This document shows positions 18,234-28,011 of a stretch of DNA of 64,000 bases, one piece after another. Numbering within the stretch: position 1 is the stretch's first letter; every line of letters starts with the position of its first letter. The notes under the pieces were generated by a model. The model was not told the origin of the DNA and did no database searches. It saw nothing but the letters and a program-made list of their open reading frames with translations. Position numbers and translations under genes: made by a program. The stretch comes from Methylobacillus sp. (GTDB lineage: Bacteria > Pseudomonadota > Gammaproteobacteria > Burkholderiales > Methylophilaceae), in the NCBI RefSeq assembly GCF_036844465.1, contig NZ_DAIUFW010000009.1, forward strand, positions 4,839 through 68,838, written 5' to 3'.

Positions 18234-20681
18234 ATGTTTGGCTTCACGAAGTCCTCGCAAACCCCTGTCCGCGGTACCGTTGCGGATCAGAGGCGCCTTC
18301 CTTGGCAATATCTTGGCGCAGAGGGTTTTGACGACGAAACCGGCCTGTTTTACTGCGTTTCGCCGTCTGGCGAAAGACATCTTGGAGCCACGTTCATGAC
18401 CACCCCGCTCCTTGGGGGCGGGGGGTCAGTTTTTGAGAAATTCAAAGCTGCATTAGCTTGCCCGCTTCCGGCAGGCTCCTTCGTACAAGTAGGTCTTCTC
18501 GGCTCTCCCGATATTGAGCCCTATCTTGACGCCTATACCGATGGGAAAGAACAGGCTTCGGGTCTTCTGGAGAAGCTCGTTCGCACCCGCGTCAAGATGT
18601 TCCAGGATGCCGTCCATAAGCCTCAATTCAAGACAAATGGCGTGCTCAACCGTGATTTCCGGTTGATCTTCACTGTCAAAATTCCGTGTTCTCAGTTTCC
18701 GGGTCTTGAGGAACGCCAGTCGGTCCGATCTGATGTCACACGTGTGATGGAAGGCTTTAGCTCCATTGGCTTCCAGTTCAGGATGCTTGACCCACATGGA
18801 TATCTGCACTTGATTCGGAAGTTCTACCACATGTGGGAGAAGCCTGAGTTCAGCTACGACGAACTTATACCAATTCGAGAGCAAGCCTTCTATCCGGGCG
18901 ACGATATTGAGTTCAAAGAAAAAGAGATCCTCTTTCACCAAGGGAGTGATCAAGAATTCTTTGTGCGTGTAATGAGCCCGAAGCTGTTTCCAAAACGAAC
19001 TGTTTTTGGTGTTGCCAATCTTCTGATCGGTGATCAGATGGGCGGAGCAAACCAAATCACTGAGCCATTTTTCTTTCAATTCACGGCCCACTATCCCGAC
19101 CAGGTCAAGAAGAAAGGTGAGGTTCGACAGCGTCACATGTGGATTACCCAGCAATGCATTGGAAACTCCGCAAACTGGTTCCCCATCCTCGGTTACAAGA
19201 AGGAAGGCATCGAGACCTTCATTCATGAAATTGACGGTCAAGGAGGGATGGCTCTCGAGGTCAACCTTAGCCTGATGATCTTCTCGAAGAACAGGGATCG
19301 ACTGGCACGTCAAACCGCTTCGTTGAACTCCTACCTTTCCACGCTTAGCTTCGACATGCGCGAAGACAAGCGCATTTTGGATTTCCTCTGGCACAACGCC
19401 CTGCCGATGAACGCGTCGGCTGATGCCATGACCCGGACCTTCCGCACCAACACCATGAGTGCGCGACAGGCTGCACCGCTGGTCCCGCTGTTCGCTGACT
19501 ACAAAGGCAGCGGCGCGAACGCTACGAGTCTCTTTGTAACGAGGCGTGGTCAGGTGTCCGCATTCTCGGTTTGGGACTCGAATACTGGATACAACGTAGT
19601 CGTTTTTGCTGGCACCGGCGGGGGTAAATCCTTCCTGGCACAGCTTCTGATCGTCGATAACCTTGCTGAAGGCTGCAAGGTGTGGGTCATTGACGTTGGC
19701 AAGTCATTTTTTAAGCTCAACCGTGCCCTCAAGGGGGATTACATCGAATTCTCCGAAGAGTCGCAGATCATCTTGAACCCTTTTACCTTCGTCAGCGAGA
19801 TTGATGAAGACATCGACATCATCAAGGCCACGATCGCCAAGATGGCTGCACCAGAGGACGGTCTTGATGACTATCAAATGGCGGCTCTCGAAGAAGGGAT
19901 CAAGGCCACGTGGGACCGATATGCCCATAACTCGACCGTGACCGCTGTCGCTCAATGGTGCATGCAACAGCCTGATCCGCGCGTTCGTGACCTTGGTCAG
20001 CAGCTTTACCCATTCACCGTTAGCGGCAGCTACGGGCGTTGGTTCGAGGGTGAGGCCACAATCGATGTCAGTAATCGCTTTACCGTTCTTGATCTCCTGC
20101 ATCTCAAGTCACGTCCGATTCTTCAAAAGGTCGTTCTCCTGCAACTGATGAACCGCATCGCGACCGAGATGTACACGACCCCGGGTCGTAAGATTCTCGT
20201 GCTGGACGAAGCATGGGAGCTTATGGATGACCCCCTGATGGCGAAAGCGATCGAAGCGCTTTATCGCAAAGTGCGGAAAAATTCAGGGGCAGTCATCTTC
20301 ATCACCCAGGACGTTGGCGATCTCTTCCAGTCACCGAACGGCCGAGCGATTTACGCCAATAGCGCATGGCAGATTGTTCTCGAGCAGCGTGCTGAATCCG
20401 TCGATGCGGCCGTTGCGTCCGGACAGTTTTCTATGGATGCGTTCGGGATTCATCAGGTCAAGTCTCTTCATGTTGTGCCTGGTGAGTATTCCGAATTGAT
20501 GATCAAACGCTCGGATTCAGACTATGGGATTGTTCGATTCAGGCCAGATCCATTCATGTTCACGTTGTTTGCAAGTAACGGTGAGGAACGTGATGAAGCA
20601 ATCGCAGCCATTGAACAAGGAGCCGACCCTGAAAAAGTAATTGATTTCTACACGCAGAAACGTCTCGAAAAAGGAAACTGA
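18234..20681 (+). CDS. traC: F-type T4SS ATPase TraC (VirB4 family)
   Basis: 815 aa with Walker A GTGGGKS and Walker B ILVLDEAW. Confidence 0.9.
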   Translation: MFGFTKSSQTPVRGTVADQRRLPWQYLGAEGFDDETGLFYCVSPSGERHLGATFMTTPLLGGGGSVFEKFKAALACPLPAGSFVQVGLLGSPDIEPYLDAYTDGKEQASGLLEKLVRTRVKMFQDAVHKPQFKTNGVLNRDFRLIFTVKIPCSQFPGLEERQSVRSDVTRVMEGFSSIGFQFRMLDPHGYLHLIRKFYHMWEKPEFSYDELIPIREQAFYPGDDIEFKEKEILFHQGSDQEFFVRVMSPKLFPKRTVFGVANLLIGDQMGGANQITEPFFFQFTAHYPDQVKKKGEVRQRHMWITQQCIGNSANWFPILGYKKEGIETFIHEIDGQGGMALEVNLSLMIFSKNRDRLARQTASLNSYLSTLSFDMREDKRILDFLWHNALPMNASADAMTRTFRTNTMSARQAAPLVPLFADYKGSGANATSLFVTRRGQVSAFSVWDSNTGYNVVVFAGTGGGKSFLAQLLIVDNLAEGCKVWVIDVGKSFFKLNRALKGDYIEFSEESQIILNPFTFVSEIDEDIDIIKATIAKMAAPEDGLDDYQMAALEEGIKATWDRYAHNSTVTAVAQWCMQQPDPRVRDLGQQLYPFTVSGSYGRWFEGEATIDVSNRFTVLDLLHLKSRPILQKVVLLQLMNRIATEMYTTPGRKILVLDEAWELMDDPLMAKAIEALYRKVRKNSGAVIFITQDVGDLFQSPNGRAIYANSAWQIVLEQRAESVDAAVASGQFSMDAFGIHQVKSLHVVPGEYSELMIKRSDSDYGIVRFRPDPFMFTLFASNGEERDEAIAAIEQGADPEKVIDFYTQKRLEKGN

Positions 20682-20683
20682 AA

Positions 20684-20902
20684 ATGTCCAAACAGAAAAC
20701 CCTGACCCAGAAAGACTTGATCCTGGTCTTTGCTCTTTATTGTGGTGCGATCCTTCTGATTCCGTTCTTCAGCAATTTTGATCCACTGGTTCTCATATCC
20801 GGCGTCTGCTTCGGTTCCGGGAGCATGTTCTTTTTCGGTCGTGCGCGTCGCCCGATTGAGCGTCCCGCTGGCGTAGAAGTCGCGGCCGAGGCATCGAAAT
20901 GA
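20684..20902 (+). CDS. Small membrane protein
   Basis: 72 aa with two TM segments, coupled to traC and trbI. Confidence 0.45.
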   Translation: MSKQKTLTQKDLILVFALYCGAILLIPFFSNFDPLVLISGVCFGSGSMFFFGRARRPIERPAGVEVAAEASK

Positions 20903-21288
20903 GCGACAGTACTGCTTCCTTAAAGACAGCTGACGGTTCCAACGTTGGCCCAGTCATCATGGCAGCAGTACTGTCTGCTGTCCTGACCGCTGGCACTTTG
21001 TTTGTAGCGAGCCCTTACCTTGCACCTCAGCAGAGCAGTGTTCCCTTCGTTGTCATCGACTCTGGAAAACTTGTTACTGCTTCCATGAACGACCTTCGAG
21101 GAAAGGGCCTCGACGAGAGTGCAGCAAGGGACGCGGCCATTAGGTTTGCTGACCAATTGAAGACCGCAACGCAGCGATACGTCGATGCAGGCTACGTCGT
21201 CGTACACCGGACGGCAGTTCTTGGTTACGCACCCCAGTTGGAAATCACACAGCTCGTCGCAGATGAACTCGGCCTCAATCTCGAATGA
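20899..21288 (+). CDS. trbI: F-type TrbI-like protein
   Basis: 129 aa with an N-terminal TM segment. Collinear with F TrbI (V.F....L......L.E..A......F...L......GYVVV...AVL.GAP..DIT). Confidence 0.55.
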   Translation: MSDSTASLKTADGSNVGPVIMAAVLSAVLTAGTLFVASPYLAPQQSSVPFVVIDSGKLVTASMNDLRGKGLDESAARDAAIRFADQLKTATQRYVDAGYVVVHRTAVLGYAPQLEITQLVADELGLNLE

Positions 21289-21829
21289 GACTACTCGCCC
21301 GGAAAAGGCCACTCTTTTTATAAGGGTGGTTTTCCTTGCGTCGGTACTCCTCGCTTTGCTTTTTGCAGCGACGTCACACGTCTCTGGAAAGTATCGCCTT
21401 CTTCTTCTGGTTGGTGATCTCAGCTGCATCCCTTACAAACTCGTTGTCGTCAAAATGACCCGTCCAGAGAACATTGATTTCGAGCGGGGTCAGCTACTCG
21501 CGTTCCTTCCATACGGAAGGCTAACTGATCAATTGAATCAACGCCTACTTGATGGAAACGGCTCGATACTTGTTGTTAAATATCTCGCAGGTGTCGCAGG
21601 CGACATCATCAAGGTAGAAAACGATGAAGTCACCGTAGCTGGGCGTAAATTCGGTGATCTCGATCTGCTGGAAAAGCTAAATCGCGCGCCAGGTAGCTAT
21701 GACCGGACCCAAGTATTGGTCGATGGACAGCTTGCAATGATGGGTACTGAGCCGAGAAGTTTCGATGCGAGATATTGGGGTCCAATCAATGTTGACGAGG
21801 TCGTCGGTGTCGTTTATCCGATCTGGTAA
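21263..21829 (+). CDS. S26-family conjugative signal peptidase (TraF/TrhP-like)
   Basis: TM segment followed by C-terminal SFDARYWGPI..VVGV. The start is uncertain (21185 or 21263). Confidence 0.7.
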   Translation: MNSASISNETTRPEKATLFIRVVFLASVLLALLFAATSHVSGKYRLLLLVGDLSCIPYKLVVVKMTRPENIDFERGQLLAFLPYGRLTDQLNQRLLDGNGSILVVKYLAGVAGDIIKVENDEVTVAGRKFGDLDLLEKLNRAPGSYDRTQVLVDGQLAMMGTEPRSFDARYWGPINVDEVVGVVYPIW

Positions 21830-22754
21830 GCCTGTACGGGCGATTCTTGTTTCTTTAGCGATCGTAGCCGCAACCTCGAGCGTTCACGCTCAAAGCTTCT
21901 TCAAGCGGGGAGGAGAAGGCTATTTCTGGTATGAGACCCCTCCCCCTCCGGCTGAACCCGTTCAATTGGAAAAAGAACCCGAACCTCCAGCTTCGGCCTC
22001 TCCAGCCACTGAAACAGCAGCTAATACGGGGACTCAGCCTTTCTCTACAGCGTGGCTCAGAGATAACTTGCCGGTTCTTCTTGAGAAAGCGATGGATTCA
22101 GGAAAGCGTGAAGACATGGAAGCGTATCTGTACGCCCAAAGAATCGCGCTCGACAAGGCGCAGAATTTTGCACATCTTCAACAACTCGTCGTCAAGACTG
22201 ACCCCATTCTCGATGAAAATAACCGGATGCCCCTTGATACGTTCATCAGGCAAACAGTACTTGCTACGAACAAGGAACAAAAAGACGAAGTAACGAAGCA
22301 CCTTGCATCAAAGGGTGGCATCTTCATGTTCTTCGACTCGTCCTGCTCTCATTGCGAGAAGCAGTTTCCTGTCATTGGCATGCTTAAAGAAAGGTATGGT
22401 TTTGAAACTCGGTTTGTATCTGTTGATGGCAAGCCCCTTCCAGGTATGGATAACTGGATACCAGACGCAGGGCAGTTTCAGTCACTCAACCTAAAACTCA
22501 CACCGACCGTTGTTTATGCTGTCCCGCCGAACAATTTTTACGTCGTTGCTCAAGGCGCCATGTCCGCAAGTGGGCTCGTTGATCGCCTTCTAGTTGTGGC
22601 TGAGTCTGAGAAGCTGATATCAGATGAAATGATCGCAGCGGTCAATCCTGCCATGCGGGGCGTCGCACGATTTGAAGACATGGTTGATGGTGCGTCTGAT
22701 GATCCAGCCGAATGGGTTAACTTGTTGAAAGAACGACTACAAGGGAGATACTAA
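21789..22754 (+). CDS. traF: F-type TraF/TrbB-like thioredoxin-fold protein
   Basis: Signal peptide and FFDSSCSHCEKQ CxxC motif. Positioned before traH. Confidence 0.7.
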   Translation: MLTRSSVSFIRSGKPVRAILVSLAIVAATSSVHAQSFFKRGGEGYFWYETPPPPAEPVQLEKEPEPPASASPATETAANTGTQPFSTAWLRDNLPVLLEKAMDSGKREDMEAYLYAQRIALDKAQNFAHLQQLVVKTDPILDENNRMPLDTFIRQTVLATNKEQKDEVTKHLASKGGIFMFFDSSCSHCEKQFPVIGMLKERYGFETRFVSVDGKPLPGMDNWIPDAGQFQSLNLKLTPTVVYAVPPNNFYVVAQGAMSASGLVDRLLVVAESEKLISDEMIAAVNPAMRGVARFEDMVDGASDDPAEWVNLLKERLQGRY

Positions 22755-22756
22755 AA

Positions 22757-24181
22757 ATGCCAAAGATTAAAATCGCCGCCCTTGCTGTCGGCTTGAGTCT
22801 TTACACCATGATGACTCCGACGCACGCGAGTCTGGGTGGAGCACTCGATGGAATGCTCATCAACGTAACAGATCCGGTAGCTTATCAATCACAAACGCGA
22901 CGCGGCTTCGTCGGAGGCAACGTTGCCATGAGAAGTCCTATTCGGAACGTTAACATCGTGTCCTTCGATCCGCCCCGAATGTCTGCCGGCTGTGGGGGAA
23001 TCGACCTATTTGCTGGAAGCTTCTCGTTCATCGACTCCGATCAGCTTATCGCGGTATTTCGGTCAATCGCACAAAATGCGCTCGGGCTCATTTTCATGCG
23101 CGCGCTCGCTGCGATTGATCCGAAGCTTCAAAGCCTCGTCAGCACAATTCAGTCGAAGCTTCAATCTCTTAACCAACTTAGCTCTAATACGTGTGCGATC
23201 GCAAAGCAGTCCGTAGACACCGTGTTCAATAGCGTTGAACGTGCGTCCACGAGCGCCGAAAGTGGAGCTGCTTTTTTTGAAGCGATTGCGGGGGGTGTTG
23301 GCGATCTGTTCGAGTCTCAAGAAGCAGTGAAAGCATCCCCTAAGGCAAAGATTAAGCAGGCTTGCGAGGCCGGCTCGATCGAGTTCTGCGGCAACGTTGT
23401 TTGGGATTTGATGGCCGACAACAGGGTTGGTGAACTTCTCGGGGGAGGATACTTCGCCGGCCTTTCAACGAAATACGCGGCAGAGCTTGTGATGACGATG
23501 ACGGGGACCGCAATCTACGACCCTGAGTCGGCTCCGAGTGCATCGGAGACTCCTCGCATGGCGCAAAGGCCAGGGAAAATTGATCTTCATGACCTCAAGA
23601 CAGGAAGGTCAAGCGGTGCCCAGAAGATCAAGTACTCGTGCAGTTCGGCGCCGGCCCGCGGCGGCTGCCGTTCGATGGATGAAGTCGCTTGGGACTGGGA
23701 GGGGACGGTTGGCTATACCAATCGTATGCTTTTTGGGTCAATTGATGGAACCAGTACCACGGCTGATTCGATCGTTGGAAAGATGAGCCCTGCATGCGCG
23801 GTTGATTGCACACTGTCTCCGACACAACAGAAATTCGTCAATGCGACCTCTGTTCCTTTCATCTCCATGATGCTCGAGGTTCAGAGTCAAGAAGGAGCAG
23901 CCTCGGCTGTTGCCGCACAAGCGGCCCCTTTGATTGCTGAGGAGCTGCACATCGTTCTATCGGAAGCGGTTTTGCGTGCAGCGAGGCAGGTTCTTTCAAC
24001 GAAAGGATCAACGACCATTCCGCGCGAGATCCATGATCGAGTGAGAGAGCTTGGCAATCAGTACTCGAGAATCGTCACTAACCGGAAGGCGAACGCTCAG
24101 GAATTTGTTGCGCTTGACGAATACGTCAGAACGATCGCCAGGCGCGACCCTTCGATTCTGACGTTCACGACCCCCCGTTAA
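22757..24181 (+). CDS. traH: F-type TraH
   Basis: 474 aa with a signal peptide and N-terminal GCGGIDLFAGSFSFI motif. Confidence 0.85.
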   Translation: MPKIKIAALAVGLSLYTMMTPTHASLGGALDGMLINVTDPVAYQSQTRRGFVGGNVAMRSPIRNVNIVSFDPPRMSAGCGGIDLFAGSFSFIDSDQLIAVFRSIAQNALGLIFMRALAAIDPKLQSLVSTIQSKLQSLNQLSSNTCAIAKQSVDTVFNSVERASTSAESGAAFFEAIAGGVGDLFESQEAVKASPKAKIKQACEAGSIEFCGNVVWDLMADNRVGELLGGGYFAGLSTKYAAELVMTMTGTAIYDPESAPSASETPRMAQRPGKIDLHDLKTGRSSGAQKIKYSCSSAPARGGCRSMDEVAWDWEGTVGYTNRMLFGSIDGTSTTADSIVGKMSPACAVDCTLSPTQQKFVNATSVPFISMMLEVQSQEGAASAVAAQAAPLIAEELHIVLSEAVLRAARQVLSTKGSTTIPREIHDRVRELGNQYSRIVTNRKANAQEFVALDEYVRTIARRDPSILTFTTPR

Positions 24182-24190
24182 GGAATAGCC

Positions 24191-27073
24191 ATGTCATCAT
24201 GGATGGTTTACACACTGGGCGACGCTGGCTTCTTTGCCGGGCTATTCAACGCCATCGCCATGATTTTTGGGTCTGGTGCATTCAGGGGCGATGCTGACGA
24301 CTTCGGTGGCACCCTCATCTACCTGGCCTTTCTGTTTGCTTTGATTGCCGTTCTGATGAATGGCCTGATGAGTCAATGGAGATCTGGTAACAACCCAACG
24401 ATGTTGCTCGTTCTGTTCATCGTATGGATGGTTGGGGGTTACACAAAGGCAACTGTGGTGATCGAGGACATCTACTCAGGTAGTTCTCGAGCTGTTGCCA
24501 ATGTACCTCTAATGGTAGCGGTACCCGCTTCGATCATCACCACTGTAGCAATGGACCTCGGCCGTCTTTCGCAGACCGCTTTTCAAGCAGCTGACGCCAA
24601 TGCTACGGAGCTGACGACGGATGGCTTTGTCAATCCGCTCAAGCTGATGCTTTCCGTTCGTCAGGCCGCATCCTACAGTCCCCACATGACGCAGAACTGG
24701 GGGGGCTTTGTCCGGAACTGCATGATTGGAGCCTCATCGCCGCAGCAACTGTTATCAAGTACCGACGGTGTTTATGGCGCTTTGACTAACGCCGCTAATT
24801 TGACTGCACATCGGCACACGAATTATTACGCAGCCAATGCGGTTAGTCCGACTGTCATGAGTTGCGCTGACGCAGGCCCTCAGATCCAATCTGATTTCAT
24901 CGCGTATTTCAATGAAACGAATCCGGCTTTGAACCGCGCTATGCGTGACGCTACCGGAAGGAACTCTACGTCGACCGATAAAACGTGGACTGATCTGTCG
25001 AATTTCTACGCCACGAACTCCACTCTTGCTGGCCTTAGCGCCCAGCGGACGAGCGCGAACATCATGATGCACCAAACGACAAATGATGTTTTCAAGTGTG
25101 GCAACAACTCTAGCGATCCGACTGCTTACTTCCAGTGCACCCAGGTGCTATCGGGCCAACAGCAAGCGTTCACGGTTGACTCAGCGGCTTCGGGCGCGGG
25201 TTTCACTCGTACAGTGATCACATCCATGGGGTTCTTGCTGGCGATCTTTATTGGGTTGGCACCGCTAGTAATCATCGTGGCACTGATGTCCGGTGCCAAT
25301 GCCCTTCCTCTCTTGGGTAAGTACATCCTCTTCGGTGCCTGGACGCAGAGTTGGCTGCCTGCGGCCTACATGGTGAATTACTTCATCGTGTACACCTGGA
25401 CGGAAAGCATGGCTAACCTGAAGAAAATGTTTCTTCCAGTTCCAGCTCCCGCTAACGCGGCCCTCCCCATCGAAGCGGTGCCGCTCTTCTTTTCCGAGAC
25501 GATGGATAAGATCGCGGTGGCTTCCGACTTGCTTGCGGCAGTACCGTTGATCACCCTGGCTGCCATGACAGGCTCGTATTTCGCCTTAGCCAAACTTGGT
25601 GAGCGCTGGAGTGGCAAGGATTATTCAGACGAGAAGATGGCCGCCCCCAGCCTATCGAATGTGGGTGCGGTTAGTAGCAACGCGGCAGTACGGGATTATT
25701 CGCTTGGTGCCGGCGGACAAATGACAGGCGCCGCACGCGTCAAGTACAACCTCCAAGATGGCCTCTCTCAGTCCGTCGCTGACAAGCAACAAGAAGCCCT
25801 TAGGGTGGGGTCTGAAGTTACGCAAGACTGGTCGAAAGGCGGTCGCTTTAGCAGCGGATGGGATCGCGCCGTACAAATCGCTAGATCAGATGTATCGCAG
25901 GTTGGTCAAACTTGGGCGCAAGCCGTTTCGTTTGCGGACAAGATGTCCCAGAACAGCGCTTTTGGTGACAAGGTGTCTGACGCTATCCGTAGCGAACTTG
26001 GTGCTCAGCTAAAGACTTCAGTAAATGGGGCCATTATGGGCACCGGCGTGACTGGGGTTGCAGCAGGAAACATGACTGGAGTAAGTCAGAAGGCGCGTGA
26101 GTGGGTTGAGAATACCCAGGAGGGTAAGGATTGGGCAAACGCGATTCGCAACGAATTCAGCAAACAACAGTACTCATCTCTTCAGGGTACCGACTCTCTT
26201 ACTACCAAAGCTGGGTACTCGGAGGATGAGGCAGCGGGGATTCGTGAGAGCGTTTCCCGCCAGGCTTCCACCGTTCGTGCCTATGAGGAGGCAACGCAAG
26301 TCGCATCGAGTATTTCCGGAACTTATTCTGGCCATGCGGGTGAAATCAATAGGAATTTGATGGCGGCCGGAATGTACGAAACAGTGATGGGAATGCATGC
26401 ATCGCTTTATAACGGTACAGGAGAGGCGTCCGATCGATACCGTGAGGCCTACAACAAAATCGAAGGCCATGAGAAAGGTCTTGGCGTGCAAGCATTCGAT
26501 GCTCAACTTGGCTGGGTGATGGGTGCGATGCTTTCGTCCGGCCAGTACGACAACGTTATGAGCGTAGGACAACAGATCACGGGGGCCCAAGGTCTCGATA
26601 CGCCTGAGCTTGGCAGCAACAAGGGTGTTGGCAGTCCTGTTACAACCCTTGAAGGAAAATCAGTAGAAGAACTCAAGGCACGGCATGGAACTGCCCCTGC
26701 AGGCCCGTCTGCACCGCAGGTTAATCCTACTTTTGCAAAAATGGCATCTGGAGAGATGCCTGCACCGATCGATGAAATTCCTTCAAGACCTGCGAATGAA
26801 TCCCCCGCTAAGCCTGAGGGCGCACGCGTATTTACAGCAGAAGAGGCCCGCGTTTTTGCTCACGGTGCAGATATTAATGCTACTCAAGCTGCGTTGGGCG
26901 TTGGAGGTTATATGGTAGACGAGACGTTGAGCCTGCCTGAACGAGCAATCAAATCTGCGGCTGACGCCTACAATTCGAATATCGGTGTGCCGTTTTCCAA
27001 CTTCGTCAACGATTTTTTCACAAACACACGCGTGAATAACGAATCGTCGCCATCAGGAAATACTGACCGCTAA
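24191..27073 (+). CDS. traG: F-type TraG (mating-pair stabilisation / entry-exclusion target)
   Basis: 960 aa with a polytopic N-terminal half and a large soluble C-terminal half. It is the last gene of the tra block. Confidence 0.85.
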   Translation: MSSWMVYTLGDAGFFAGLFNAIAMIFGSGAFRGDADDFGGTLIYLAFLFALIAVLMNGLMSQWRSGNNPTMLLVLFIVWMVGGYTKATVVIEDIYSGSSRAVANVPLMVAVPASIITTVAMDLGRLSQTAFQAADANATELTTDGFVNPLKLMLSVRQAASYSPHMTQNWGGFVRNCMIGASSPQQLLSSTDGVYGALTNAANLTAHRHTNYYAANAVSPTVMSCADAGPQIQSDFIAYFNETNPALNRAMRDATGRNSTSTDKTWTDLSNFYATNSTLAGLSAQRTSANIMMHQTTNDVFKCGNNSSDPTAYFQCTQVLSGQQQAFTVDSAASGAGFTRTVITSMGFLLAIFIGLAPLVIIVALMSGANALPLLGKYILFGAWTQSWLPAAYMVNYFIVYTWTESMANLKKMFLPVPAPANAALPIEAVPLFFSETMDKIAVASDLLAAVPLITLAAMTGSYFALAKLGERWSGKDYSDEKMAAPSLSNVGAVSSNAAVRDYSLGAGGQMTGAARVKYNLQDGLSQSVADKQQEALRVGSEVTQDWSKGGRFSSGWDRAVQIARSDVSQVGQTWAQAVSFADKMSQNSAFGDKVSDAIRSELGAQLKTSVNGAIMGTGVTGVAAGNMTGVSQKAREWVENTQEGKDWANAIRNEFSKQQYSSLQGTDSLTTKAGYSEDEAAGIRESVSRQASTVRAYEEATQVASSISGTYSGHAGEINRNLMAAGMYETVMGMHASLYNGTGEASDRYREAYNKIEGHEKGLGVQAFDAQLGWVMGAMLSSGQYDNVMSVGQQITGAQGLDTPELGSNKGVGSPVTTLEGKSVEELKARHGTAPAGPSAPQVNPTFAKMASGEMPAPIDEIPSRPANESPAKPEGARVFTAEEARVFAHGADINATQAALGVGGYMVDETLSLPERAIKSAADAYNSNIGVPFSNFVNDFFTNTRVNNESSPSGNTDR

Positions 27074-27076
27074 ATC

Positions 27077-27113
27077 AAAACGAGGCCGCCATTCCAATTG
27101 GCGGCCTCGTTTC
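27077..27113. terminator. Bidirectional intrinsic terminator between traG and the convergent small gene
   Basis: Hairpin aaaacgaggccgcc / ggcggcctcgttt with a 9-nt loop, flanked by an A-run and a T-run. Confidence 0.75.
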
Positions 27114-27360
27114 AGAGGTCATCATCGTCAGTGGTGAGGGTAAATGCGCCAACCCCCAGCTTTGTTACGTGACGCGTGTCGTAAAAAGCTTGGTTTTCTG
27201 GGGTTTCGCCGACGTAATGTGTCCAGTGTTTGGGCTTTCGATTGGTTGCGCCGAGAATAAGATCACCTACCCACGTGTTCGAAAGAGCGATTAGCACTTT
27301 AGCGATCAAGTAGTAAAACAGCGCAATAGCGCCAATGGACAAAACCGTGCTTAGTTCCAC
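27112..27360 (-). CDS. Small membrane protein convergent on traG (entry-exclusion candidate)
   Basis: 82 aa with an N-terminal TM segment VLSIGAIALFYYLIAKVLIAL and an acidic tail TDDDDL. Confidence 0.5.
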   Translation of the reverse strand: MELSTVLSIGAIALFYYLIAKVLIALSNTWVGDLILGATNRKPKHWTHYVGETPENQAFYDTRHVTKLGVGAFTLTTDDDDL

Positions 27361-27498
27361 TTAAAGTCTCCTCACCGAACCTGCCCTTGATTGTTCGGAG
27401 TCGAGATGATCCCGAGGCAGCATTTCCCGTGGCTCCTCGGTGTACGAAGTTAGTTCTAACCGAAGGAAGGATGCTAGTCAAATTTTAGGAGGAAAGTT

Positions 27499-27999
27499 AT
27501 GGATTCGTCAGTGATCGACGGGCGTTTTCTTGCCCTACGGGTCGCCAATCGGTCGATCTACCCGCTGTGGGCGCTTTTACTGGCAGGCCTGGCCATGCTC
27601 GCGGTCGCCGTTGTGCTTTTCCTGCCTGCGCTGTCCGAGGCATCGGATGTTGAGGCCTCCGTCCTCGCTGCAGCTGGCTTTGCTTGCGTAGGGTTCGCGG
27701 GACTCAGGATCGCTTACCTGAAGTTTTCGGCGCTCTACACGGTGACGCCCGATGCGATCACCGCTCGATACGGCCTCATCGCACGCAAATCTCACCAGAT
27801 CCAAGTCGCCCATGTACGCTCGATCTCCGTTACGCAGTCTCTAGTCGGCCGGCTCTTTGGCTACGGCGATCTGGAATTTTCTTCGGCAGGCAGCGACGAG
27901 TCGGAGATCGTTTTCAAGTCCGTTAGCCGTCCCATGCAGACAAAGGAGTTGGTCTCCAAGATGCTTGGCAAAGACCGATCTCGAACCATCCACGACTAA
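27499..27999 (+). CDS. Membrane protein with bacterial PH (bPH_2/YdbS-like) domain
   Basis: Two TM segments, then ITARYGLIARKSHQIQVAHVRSISVTQSLVGRLFGYGDLEF. SD aggaggaaa upstream. Confidence 0.65.
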   Translation: MDSSVIDGRFLALRVANRSIYPLWALLLAGLAMLAVAVVLFLPALSEASDVEASVLAAAGFACVGFAGLRIAYLKFSALYTVTPDAITARYGLIARKSHQIQVAHVRSISVTQSLVGRLFGYGDLEFSSAGSDESEIVFKSVSRPMQTKELVSKMLGKDRSRTIHD

Positions 28000-28011
28000 A
28001 CAGAATCGACT

